64,000 bases of DNA from Candidatus Omnitrophota bacterium (GTDB lineage: Bacteria > Omnitrophota > Gorgyraeia > 2-01-FULL-45-10). The notes below the pieces were generated by a model. The model searched no databases. It had not been told where the DNA came from and saw only the letters and a list, made by a program, of their open reading frames with translations. The position numbers and the translations under genes were made by a program. This document shows, in pieces, positions 1-7,286 of this stretch. Positions within the stretch are counted from its first letter, which is position 1. Each line of letters begins with the position of its first letter. Where the stretch lies: assembly GCA_026387175.1 (NCBI GenBank), contig JAPLME010000002.1:12780-76779 (forward strand), written 5' to 3'.

Positions 1-2
1 CA

Positions 3-263
3 TTTACTTTGGCGCTTCACAAGATTTCTGGCTTTGAAGGGCCTCTATTAATAGATACGCCAGTTGCTAGAGTTGATGATGACAATCGAAAAAACATGGG
101 CAATGTGTTACTCTCAATCAGTTCTCAAAAACAAGTCATACTTCTTTTTACACCAGTTGAATATACTGGAAGTATAAAGACTGTGCTAGAACTCAAAACG
201 AATAATAAGTATAAATTGGTGATGGATGGCTCAGAAAGAGAAACCAAAATGGAGGCCTTGTAA
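3..263 (+). CDS. C-terminal part of an SMC-like ABC ATPase, DndD/PbeC-like (5' end outside window)
   Basis: Frame open from window start; LLIDTPVARVD (Walker B/D-loop) and QVILLFTPVEY (H-loop region) typical of DndD-like ATPases. Confidence 0.65.
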   Translation, partial: FTLALHKISGFEGPLLIDTPVARVDDDNRKNMGNVLLSISSQKQVILLFTPVEYTGSIKTVLELKTNNKYKLVMDGSERETKMEAL

Positions 264-686
264 ATGCCGGAAGACATCATTATAGGAATCGATAATGCAG
301 ATGTTCCGTTATATGAAAAACTTAAGAAAGAAGTATTGCTTTTTGGTGACCAGGGCAATACGGAATTGCTCATGTTTGCTATTGGCTATGGCTATAAACA
401 TAATAAGCCGCTTCCGTTACGTGCAAAATATAGTGGCTTCACAAGAACCAAATATTTAAAGCCAGATGATTTAGCATTATTAAAAGCGCTCGCTTTGCAA
501 GTTGGAGGGATAGAAACGCTTAAAGATCAGTCTAGGATGGTTGAAATTGCAGAAAAATATGCACATGGTGGAATTCAATTGCTCATGCAAGAGATTGGAT
601 CATCTTCTTTAGATTCCTTTGAAATTGACTTTGAATTAAGTCTATCGCAGCATTACGATACTATTACGAATGTGCAAAATAGCTAA
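264..686 (+). CDS. Small DNA-phosphorothioation-associated protein (DndE/PbeD-like)
   Basis: Abuts the ATPase (TAA-ATG); ELLMFAIGYG...EKYAHGGIQLL pattern recalled from dnd-associated small proteins. Confidence 0.5.
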   Translation: MPEDIIIGIDNADVPLYEKLKKEVLLFGDQGNTELLMFAIGYGYKHNKPLPLRAKYSGFTRTKYLKPDDLALLKALALQVGGIETLKDQSRMVEIAEKYAHGGIQLLMQEIGSSSLDSFEIDFELSLSQHYDTITNVQNS

Positions 687-697
687 AATAAAATGTT

Positions 698-1192
698 ATG
701 GATGCTGAACTAATTCCACAATTTAGTAATTTTGATGATGGCACAGTTAAGGTCGTAGAAATTCTTTATAACGAAAATGATAGAGGATTAACTTTTAACG
801 AATTAGGATGGTTTCTTCAAAGAAGATTAAAAAAAGATGGTGCCCATAAAAAATACGGTGAAAATCACGCGAAATTAGCAAACTTGCTTGGGTTTGTTAA
901 AATTAATAACTCAAGACCTAGAAATGTATTTTTATCAGCAGTAGGGAAAGAACTTCACCTCGCTCGTAATGAACAAAAGAAATTAATAATTAAAAATCAG
1001 CTACTTAACATGGCATTAATAAAAGATATTTTATCAAATTACAACGATGTATTTGACCTGAGTTTGTATTTAAAGCAAACGCTTTCAACTAAAACAGCCG
1101 TGCGCCGAATGCCTAATATTAAAAAGTTAATTCGAATACTTGCCATTGATTATAAGGTTCCAATCTTCAATGATATTTACAATGCAATGTAA
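698..1192 (+). CDS. Putative winged-helix DNA-binding protein
   Basis: GLTFNELGWFL...KYGENHAKLANLLGFV...LSAVG helix-turn-helix/wing pattern; 11 bp after previous gene. Confidence 0.45.
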   Translation: MDAELIPQFSNFDDGTVKVVEILYNENDRGLTFNELGWFLQRRLKKDGAHKKYGENHAKLANLLGFVKINNSRPRNVFLSAVGKELHLARNEQKKLIIKNQLLNMALIKDILSNYNDVFDLSLYLKQTLSTKTAVRRMPNIKKLIRILAIDYKVPIFNDIYNAM

Positions 1193-1197
1193 TAAGT

Positions 1198-1255
1198 GGA
1201 CGGTCTAGAAAGTGCCAGCCCATAAAATTATAGGGTGGAACCAAATGGACCGTCC
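1198..1255. repeat. Nested imperfect palindrome, REP-like type A, copy 1
   Basis: Outer arms GGACGGTC/GACCGTCC; inner GTGCCAGCCC-ATAAAATTAT-AGGGTGGAAC; similar to 2262-2321. Confidence 0.7.
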
Positions 1256-1278
1256 CTGATAAAACAAAAAGAATTTAT

Positions 1279-2160
1279 ATGATTAAAATCAAATATAAAC
1301 TAGCTAAAAAAAGAATCCCACCAATGTTATGGGACGAATATGTCCACATAGCAAAAAGTGAATATGAAACGCTCCTTAACAAACAAGAATCGGGCGAAGC
1401 AGTTTTTCATAAATTCTTTGAACGGCATCCCTCCTTTATTCCTGGAGGATGTGACCTTGATGATGGCTCGGGGCATGCGCCGTATGCGCTGTCTTTAATT
1501 TCAAAACCAGGGCTATCTGGATCCTTTGAGAGAATACCTGATTTTTTATGGCTGGCTTCTTATTCGGGAGTTTTTCATCCTATATTCATCGAAATAGAAT
1601 CGCCAGGTAAGAGGGTTTTTAATGTGGACGGTAGCGCAACGAAAAAATTTAATCAGGCCGTGGATCAGCTACGCTATTGGAAAATATGGATAGAAGAGCC
1701 TTCTAATATTAGCATTTTAATGAAAAAGTTCGGATTAGATAAAACATATTTAGCAGACAACAAGTTTGTGCCGAAATTTCTCCTGATCTATGGCAGGCGT
1801 GCCGAGTTTACGTCTAATAAAATGCGAAAGAAGCTAAGGGAAGAGTTTCTGTGTGGCATAGGGACGATTAGAAGTTATGACGGGCTCATACCTTCACATA
1901 AGTGTAAAGATTGTTTTAGCGTTAAAATTACTGAGAATGGGTATGAGGCTATAGAGGTAATGCCTACTATCGAAATCTGTCCGGCGTCCGCGGATAGTTA
2001 TAGCCTTATTACTGGTAAGGATCAGGCTATAAAGAAAAATAAATATATATCAAAGGCAAGAAAGGAATTCCTGATAGATCGTTTCAAATATTGGGATAAT
2101 TGGGTTATATCGACACCTTCCAGTGCGCGGGGCGTTTTTAATGGAAGAGATGTTGAGTGA
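1279..2160 (+). CDS. Shedu (SduA)-type DUF4263 PD-(D/E)xK immune nuclease
   Basis: FHKFFERHP, IPDFLW, FIEIESP, NQAVDQLRYW and LLIYGRR motifs of DUF4263. Confidence 0.8.
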   Translation: MIKIKYKLAKKRIPPMLWDEYVHIAKSEYETLLNKQESGEAVFHKFFERHPSFIPGGCDLDDGSGHAPYALSLISKPGLSGSFERIPDFLWLASYSGVFHPIFIEIESPGKRVFNVDGSATKKFNQAVDQLRYWKIWIEEPSNISILMKKFGLDKTYLADNKFVPKFLLIYGRRAEFTSNKMRKKLREEFLCGIGTIRSYDGLIPSHKCKDCFSVKITENGYEAIEVMPTIEICPASADSYSLITGKDQAIKKNKYISKARKEFLIDRFKYWDNWVISTPSSARGVFNGRDVE

Positions 2161-2220
2161 GTTGGGAATAAAGAGTTTTTTTGTCGGAATTGTTTACGCT
2201 TAAGTTGGGAAATAGGAATT

Positions 2221-2253
2221 GTGCCACTCTCAAATCGCAGGTTGGCACTAAGT
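2221..2253. repeat. REP-like palindrome type B, copy 1
   Basis: GTGCCActctcaaatcgcaggtTGGCACtaagt; near-identical to 3536-3568. Confidence 0.7.
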
Positions 2254-2261
2254 GTAAAATT

Positions 2262-2321
2262 GGGGAAGGCCCAGAAAGTGCCAGACCATAAAATTATAGG
2301 GGGCATCGAATGGATCGTCCC
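2262..2321. repeat. REP-like type A, copy 2
   Basis: Shares agaaagtgccag.ccataaaattataggg...aatgga.cgtccct with 1198-1257. Confidence 0.7.
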
Positions 2322-2387
2322 TAAGAGTACCTATACAGCATGCCGTCTCTAAAACGAAACAAACGGCATCGGCCCGTCAATTTATAG

Positions 2388-2906
2388 GTGAGCGCCATGA
2401 TTACAATAGACTCAAATATTATAACAGCTTGGGCCACTCTAATAGGTGTTTTGGTGGCTATTTGGGCTGTGATATATCAAAACAAAAGATCTACATTTGC
2501 ATTAGGCGTAGATTTAATTATGAAGCTAGACGATCGTTTTAATAGTGAGAAAATGCGTAAAGCCAGATGTGCAGCAGCTACATCATTACTTAATGGAAAT
2601 ATTTCTGATGCTACTGAAGTGTTAGATTTTTTTGAAACAATAGGATATTTTATTCGTAGAGGAGCGCTCGATAAGAAGACAGTATGGCAAATATTTTTTT
2701 ATTGGGCAAACAATTATTGGCATTCCGCAAAAGAATATATAGAGCAAGAAAGAAGAGGCGATCCCACAGTTTGGGCGAATATTCCCTATCTTCATTCTGT
2801 GCTTATGTTGATTGAAAAGCGTGAACGACGATGCGGGGATTCAGCTATATTGCTTACAAAAGAAAAGATTAATAACTTCCTTAATGAAGAAACTAGGCTA
2901 TCCTAA
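2388..2906 (+). CDS. DUF4760-like protein with N-terminal TM helix
   Basis: Hydrophobic N-terminus; VLDFFETIGYFIRRGALD motif. Confidence 0.65.
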   Translation: MSAMITIDSNIITAWATLIGVLVAIWAVIYQNKRSTFALGVDLIMKLDDRFNSEKMRKARCAAATSLLNGNISDATEVLDFFETIGYFIRRGALDKKTVWQIFFYWANNYWHSAKEYIEQERRGDPTVWANIPYLHSVLMLIEKRERRCGDSAILLTKEKINNFLNEETRLS

Positions 2907-2923
2907 AATAGCTGAAAATCATT

Positions 2924-3502
2924 ATGAACAATTTAAAAAAATATAGCAAAATTAGATCAAGAATGCAAAATGGAGACGTGATTGCTTTTCAGGGTACGGA
3001 TTTTCCTGCCATGGCTGTACAAAACACCACTGGAAGTCAATTTTCTCATGTTGGGTTAGTTATTAGAATTACAGATGTAGATATTGATAGAATTTTTATA
3101 ATAGAGTCAGTTCCATCGGCCGGAGTTGTGCTTCTCCCATTAAGCCGAAAGCTATATACATTTCCTGGTAGAGCATGGTGGGCTCCTTTACGGTTTTCTA
3201 AAATATCAAATAATATGTTACCGCAACTTAACGAACAAAAAGTACGTTCTATTATTTATAAATGGGCAATGTGCGAACTCGGTAAAGCATACGATTTTAC
3301 AATGATAGGATCTATTATAAAAAGCATTCTATTAAAGTGCAAAGCTTCAGAAGAAGATTGTCGGGAATATATTTGTTCGGAACTTGTTGCCCAAGCTTTT
3401 AAACAGGGCCAAATCTGGCCCAAAGGCATGAACATATCTAACATTACGCCTGTGGATATCATCAATTTGCCAATAATAGATGCGCTGGTCGAGCTTTACT
3501 AA
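2924..3502 (+). CDS. Permuted papain-like NlpC/P60 (YiiX/YebB-like) cysteine hydrolase
   Basis: GDVIAF, FSHVGLV (His), AYDF, YICSELVA (Cys) in permuted order. Confidence 0.85.
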   Translation: MNNLKKYSKIRSRMQNGDVIAFQGTDFPAMAVQNTTGSQFSHVGLVIRITDVDIDRIFIIESVPSAGVVLLPLSRKLYTFPGRAWWAPLRFSKISNNMLPQLNEQKVRSIIYKWAMCELGKAYDFTMIGSIIKSILLKCKASEEDCREYICSELVAQAFKQGQIWPKGMNISNITPVDIINLPIIDALVELY

Positions 3503-3535
3503 ACTAAATAAGAAAGAATGGTGGCATATTCGAAG

Positions 3536-3568
3536 GTGCCACCCTCAAAGCGCAGACTGGCACTAAGT
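3536..3568. repeat. REP-like palindrome type B, copy 2
   Basis: GTGCCAccctcaaagcgcagacTGGCACtaagt; partial third copy at about 3823-3840. Confidence 0.7.
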
Positions 3569-3607
3569 AGCATGACACCAAAAGAACATAAAAAGAAGGA
3601 GGAGTAA

Positions 3608-3712
3608 ATGGGCGATAAAGGCAAGAAGGATAAGGATAAACACAACAAGCAAGCAGAGCAAGCAAAGAACGAAGCAAACAAGAAGAAACAGCCAACAATC
3701 AAGCATACTTGA
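3608..3712 (+). CDS. 34-aa lysine-rich small protein (not in ORF track)
   Basis: Strong RBS AAGGAGGAG then ATG; MGDKGKKDKDKHNKQAEQAKNEANKKKQPTIKHT*. Confidence 0.55.
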   Translation: MGDKGKKDKDKHNKQAEQAKNEANKKKQPTIKHT

Positions 3713-3763
3713 GATTCGGCAAGCACTAAAGCTGAGGATCTGTTGAAGTAAGAGTCAAATAAC

Positions 3764-3817
3764 AGACGTCCTATAAAGTGACACCCTGATAATAGGGTGC
3801 TACAAAGTAGGATGTCT
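3764..3817. repeat. REP-like type A, divergent copy 3
   Basis: AGACGTCCTAT-aaa-GTGACACCCT-gataat-AGGGTGCTAC-aaa-GTAGGATGTCT; same nested stem layout. Confidence 0.55.
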
Positions 3818-3872
3818 ACAAGATGCGTAGGCTGGCACTATTTAGGATGGTACCAAAAGAATTTAACATACA

Positions 3873-4625
3873 ATGCTTGAATTCTTAGCACCATTAATAT
3901 TTATCTGTATTATCTTCTTCCTATTCAGGATTCTTTTCCTCAGTTGGGTATCCGGCGAGGAGGGGGTAGCTAGGAAGCTTGAGTCCTTGCGAAGAATAAA
4001 CAAAGAATACCACCCATTCAATAATATCATATTGAAAACTCCAGATGGAACTACGCAGATCGATCATATATTAATATCTCCTTACGGAATATTTGTAATT
4101 GAAACTAAAGATTTTAAAGGATGGATTTTTGGTGATGCACATCAAAAGAAATGGACTCAATCTCTTTTTGGCTCCAGACGCTCTTCTATTAAGTACCAAT
4201 TTCAGAATCCGATCCGCCAAAATTATAAGCATGTAAAGGCCGCTCAAGACTTCCTAGATATTGATTCGAAATCCATATTTAATGTGGTCGTATTTACTGG
4301 AACGAGCGAATTTAAGACAGATATGCCAGAAAATGTTTTAAAATTGCATGATCTTCTCCCATGTATTAAACTCCAAACAAAAATATTATTTACTAGTGAA
4401 AAAGTAGAAGCGCTTTCGCAAAAACTTAGGGATTACGTTGAACACGCTTCCTATAATGAGGAAGATCATTTTAAAAACATTGTAAATAATATGATGCATC
4501 CAATCTGTCCCAGATGTGGCAAGCCGATGGTTCTTCGAAAGGCGAGAAAGGGGGCTGGGGCAGGTTCCGAATTTTGGGGATGCCCCAATTTTCCCGAATG
4601 CAGGATAACAAAGAACGTGGCCTAA
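3873..4625 (+). CDS. NERD nuclease domain protein with C-terminal topoisomerase-type C4 zinc ribbon
   Basis: TQIDHILISPYGIFVIETK, NPIRQN; CPRCG...FWGCPNFPEC. Confidence 0.9.
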   Translation: MLEFLAPLIFICIIFFLFRILFLSWVSGEEGVARKLESLRRINKEYHPFNNIILKTPDGTTQIDHILISPYGIFVIETKDFKGWIFGDAHQKKWTQSLFGSRRSSIKYQFQNPIRQNYKHVKAAQDFLDIDSKSIFNVVVFTGTSEFKTDMPENVLKLHDLLPCIKLQTKILFTSEKVEALSQKLRDYVEHASYNEEDHFKNIVNNMMHPICPRCGKPMVLRKARKGAGAGSEFWGCPNFPECRITKNVA

Positions 4626-4804
4626 CGAAAACCAAGGAATAATTAGGCCAGCGCCCATTAAATAAAGGAGACCACATGCCCGAAGGAGGATTCTTAGTAA
4701 AGATTAACGGCAAGGAGCTGTGCCGTTGTTATGCGATAGCGTTCTGAAGATACCGAAAGCATAGCCATCGAAATTGAATAAACTATTAGGGCGGCCGTAA
4801 AAAT

Positions 4805-4849
4805 GGGACAGTCCCGACCTCGCTGAGATTACGGTCCCGGGACAGTCCC
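4805..4849. repeat. Doublet of GGGACAGTCCC palindromes (REP/REPIN-like)
   Basis: Copies at 4805-4815 and 4839-4849; same 23-nt spacing as 25969-26013. Confidence 0.65.
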
Positions 4850-4863
4850 TATTTTTCCACCGT

Positions 4864-4889
4864 AACCCGTGCTATGGCGCGGGTTTTTT
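4864..4889 (+). terminator. Intrinsic terminator within the repeat (also in copies 2 and 4)
   Basis: AACCCGTGC-tatg-GCGCGGGTT plus T run. Confidence 0.75.
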
Positions 4890-4912
4890 ATTGGAATTAT
4901 TTTAAAATAGTT

Positions 4913-4940
4913 TGCAACTATTTTGGCACTTTTAGCGTCT
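4913..4940 (+). promoter_or_regulatory. Putative ECF sigma promoter within the repeat
   Basis: TGCAAC-N17-CGTC, matching the AAC/CGT ECF consensus (SigW/SigX-like); conserved in the 3 full copies. Confidence 0.55.
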
Positions 4941-5007
4941 TTATATGTAGGGGGATAGATTTTAGCTCACCAACAAGAGTTGTTAGGAACAAAAAAGTTT
5001 AAGTTAA

Positions 5008-5040
5008 TGTATTGACAATGTAACTACAAAATGATATTCT
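5008..5040 (+). promoter_or_regulatory. Sigma70 promoter of the antitoxin gene with overlapping direct-repeat operator candidate
   Basis: TTGACA(5012)-N17-TATTCT with TGn extension; TGTAttgACA and TGTAactACA in tandem. Confidence 0.5.
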
Positions 5041-5076
5041 ATCCAAAAGATATTATAAAGAAAGGCGGCGATAAAA

Positions 5077-5424
5077 ATGAGGAAGAAAATGCCGGAATTT
5101 AAATCAGAAGAAGAGGAGGCGCTTTTTTGGAGCAAACACAGCCCCCTCGATTACCCTGATGAAGCTAAAGCGGCAGAAAAACCTTTCGAATTTGCTATGT
5201 ATCTTCTTAAGCGCGCCGCAAAAGAACACAAAGAGAAAAAGCGTTTGCTGACATTTAGAATGGAGCAAAGCCAAATATTGCTGGCAAAGATTATTGCTAA
5301 AAAATATGGCGATAATTATCAAAGTTTGTTACGGAAATGGATCAGGGAACGAATTTATGAAGAGATAAAAGGAAATCCAAATATCGCAAAGGATGTTAGG
5401 AAGCAGAATTTGCGATTGGTATAA
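5077..5424 (+). CDS. BrnA/CopG-family antitoxin (orphan)
   Basis: PEFKSEEEEALFWSKH...TFRM...YQSLLRKWIRERI. Confidence 0.8.
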   Translation: MRKKMPEFKSEEEEALFWSKHSPLDYPDEAKAAEKPFEFAMYLLKRAAKEHKEKKRLLTFRMEQSQILLAKIIAKKYGDNYQSLLRKWIRERIYEEIKGNPNIAKDVRKQNLRLV

Positions 5425-5498
5425 GACAGAGAAATAGGTAATAACGGGGCCATCCTGCGCGGGGACACCCTAGATTGCAGGCTACCTCCAGATAACAT

Positions 5499-5918
5499 AT
5501 GAAAATACTAACCGAAAAGATCAGAGTAGATACTAAAGAAGCGAAGGATCTCGTAAATATAACGGGTGAGGTCGCGGATATCCTGAAGGGCTCGGGCCTT
5601 AAAAAGGGGAATGTCACAGTGTTTGTAGTCGGTTCGACCGCGGCCATAACGACATTCGAATACGAGAACGGCATGATAAAGGATATGCAGGATCTCTGCG
5701 AGAAGCTGGTGCCGTCAAATAAGCATTATAATCACGATGAGACCTGGGGAGACGCGAACGGATTCAGCCACCTTAGGGCCGCTCTCTTTGGCCCATCGCT
5801 CACGATACCGTTCGAAGGCGGCAAGCTGTCTCTCGGCACATGGCAGCAGGTGGTCCTGGCGGAATTCGATAACCGTCCGCGTAATCGCGAGATAATTGTT
5901 CAGATGATAGGGGAGTAA
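5499..5918 (+). CDS. yjbQ: YjbQ/UPF0047 secondary thiamine-phosphate synthase family protein
   Basis: GSTAAIT, HDETWGDANGFSHLRA, LGTWQQVVLAEFD. Confidence 0.9.
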   Translation: MKILTEKIRVDTKEAKDLVNITGEVADILKGSGLKKGNVTVFVVGSTAAITTFEYENGMIKDMQDLCEKLVPSNKHYNHDETWGDANGFSHLRAALFGPSLTIPFEGGKLSLGTWQQVVLAEFDNRPRNREIIVQMIGE

Positions 5919-5951
5919 CTTGTAAGAACCCGGAATTATAAACCGTGTAAG

Positions 5952-6048
5952 ACCGCAACCCGTGCTAAGGCGCGGGTTTTTTATTTTGAACTATTTTAAA
6001 ATAGTTTGCAACAATTTTGGCACTTTTAGCGTCTTTATATGTAGGGGG
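5952..6048 (+). repeat. ~96-bp direct repeat, copy 2
   Basis: Contains the perfect palindrome AACTATTTTAAAATAGTT. Confidence 0.95.
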
Positions 6049-6134
6049 TATTATGGTGAATTCGCCATAATTAGAAGCCAGATTAGCCTGAATAAAACAG
6101 AAAGGTAGCAATATGAAGAATTTGAAAGGACCTA

Positions 6135-7157
6135 ATGCTTAATAATTACCACATTTTTTTATCGAGTTTAAAGGAAAAGATACGAAAAGAGCGCTTGCGG
6201 GTTGTTCTCGCAAGCAATGCGGCGTTAGTGATGTTGTATTGGGATATAGGCCGGAGTATATTGAAAAAACAAAATGAAGAAGGATGGGGCTCAAGGGTTA
6301 TTGACCGGCTTTCATCGGATTTAAGCAGAGAATTCCCGGATATGAAAGGATTTTCACCAAGAAATCTAAAATATATGCGCTCGTTCGGTATCGCATGGCC
6401 GGATAAGCTAATTGTGCAACGGGTCATTGCACAATTACCATGGCGCAGTAACATAGCTTTAATAGATAAGCTTAAAAAGCCCGAAGAACGTTTATGGTAT
6501 GCGATGAAAACCATAAAGCATGGCTGGTCGCAACCGATTCTTTGTTTACAGATAGAGGCACAAGCTCATAAGCGTGAGGGTAAGGCAACCAATAATTTTT
6601 CACTGGCACTTACATCGGTTGACTCGGATATGGCCAAAGAGGTATTCAAGGATCCATATTTATTCGATTTTTTAGGAACCGCCGATATACGCAGAGAAAA
6701 AGAAGTTGAACAGGCATTGGTGGATCATATACAACGATTCTTGCTGGAATTGGGGCAGGGATTCGCTTTTGTTGGCAGACAGGTTCATCTTGAGCTTGGT
6801 GGAAATGATTATTATATTGATTTGCTTTTTTATCACCTTAAATTGAGGTGCTACATAATTATTGAACTTAAGGCAGGAGATTTTGTCCCGGAATATGTGG
6901 GAAAGATGAACATGTATCTAAGCGTTGTGGATGATATTCTACGGCATCCTGATGATAACCCAAGCATTGGACTGTTGCTTGTAAAACGAAAAAACAAAAT
7001 GATCGCTGAATATGCTTTGAGTGGTTACACAAAACCTATAGGTGTAGCGCAGTGGGAAACAAAAATAACCAAAAGCTTACCTAAAGAACTTAAGTCGAAC
7101 CTTCCAGCTATTGAAGAGATCGAGAAAGAGTTAAGTAAGGGCAAATTTATGCCATAA
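6135..7157 (+). CDS. YhcG/DUF1016 PD-(D/E)xK nuclease family protein
   Basis: YWDIG, GFSPRNLKYMR, KDPYLFDFL, FLLELGQGFAFVGRQ, IDLLFYH, IELK. Confidence 0.95.
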   Translation: MLNNYHIFLSSLKEKIRKERLRVVLASNAALVMLYWDIGRSILKKQNEEGWGSRVIDRLSSDLSREFPDMKGFSPRNLKYMRSFGIAWPDKLIVQRVIAQLPWRSNIALIDKLKKPEERLWYAMKTIKHGWSQPILCLQIEAQAHKREGKATNNFSLALTSVDSDMAKEVFKDPYLFDFLGTADIRREKEVEQALVDHIQRFLLELGQGFAFVGRQVHLELGGNDYYIDLLFYHLKLRCYIIIELKAGDFVPEYVGKMNMYLSVVDDILRHPDDNPSIGLLLVKRKNKMIAEYALSGYTKPIGVAQWETKITKSLPKELKSNLPAIEEIEKELSKGKFMP

Positions 7158-7164
7158 TTACCCC

Positions 7165-7195
7165 ATGGCGCGGGTTTTTTATTGGAATTATTTTA
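7165..7195 (+). repeat. Partial (31-bp) copy 3 of the direct repeat
   Basis: ATGGCGCGGGTTTTTTATTGGAATTATTTTA identical to 4874-4904. Confidence 0.9.
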
Positions 7196-7250
7196 CATAT
7201 GGTGAACAGAATAAGGCAGGTTAAAGCGAAAAAAGCTAGATATCTTTCTA

Positions 7251-7278
7251 TTGACTTAACGGAATTCTGTGCTATAAT
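7251..7278 (+). promoter_or_regulatory. Sigma70 promoter, near-leaderless start of the giant gene
   Basis: TTGACT-N16-TATAAT (TGn-extended); ATG 8 nt downstream, no RBS. Confidence 0.65.
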
Positions 7279-7286
7279 CATCTACA

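Larger units (their letters stand above)
4859..4954 (+). repeat. ~96-bp direct repeat, copy 1 (terminator + AT palindrome + ECF-type promoter)
   Basis: Near-identical to 5952-6048 and 12888-12983. Confidence 0.95.

Noticed and set aside
4676-4747. 23-aa ORF with RBS (MPEGGFLVKINGKELCRCYAIAF)
   Set aside because: Possibly a frameshifted gene remnant, but too short to assign
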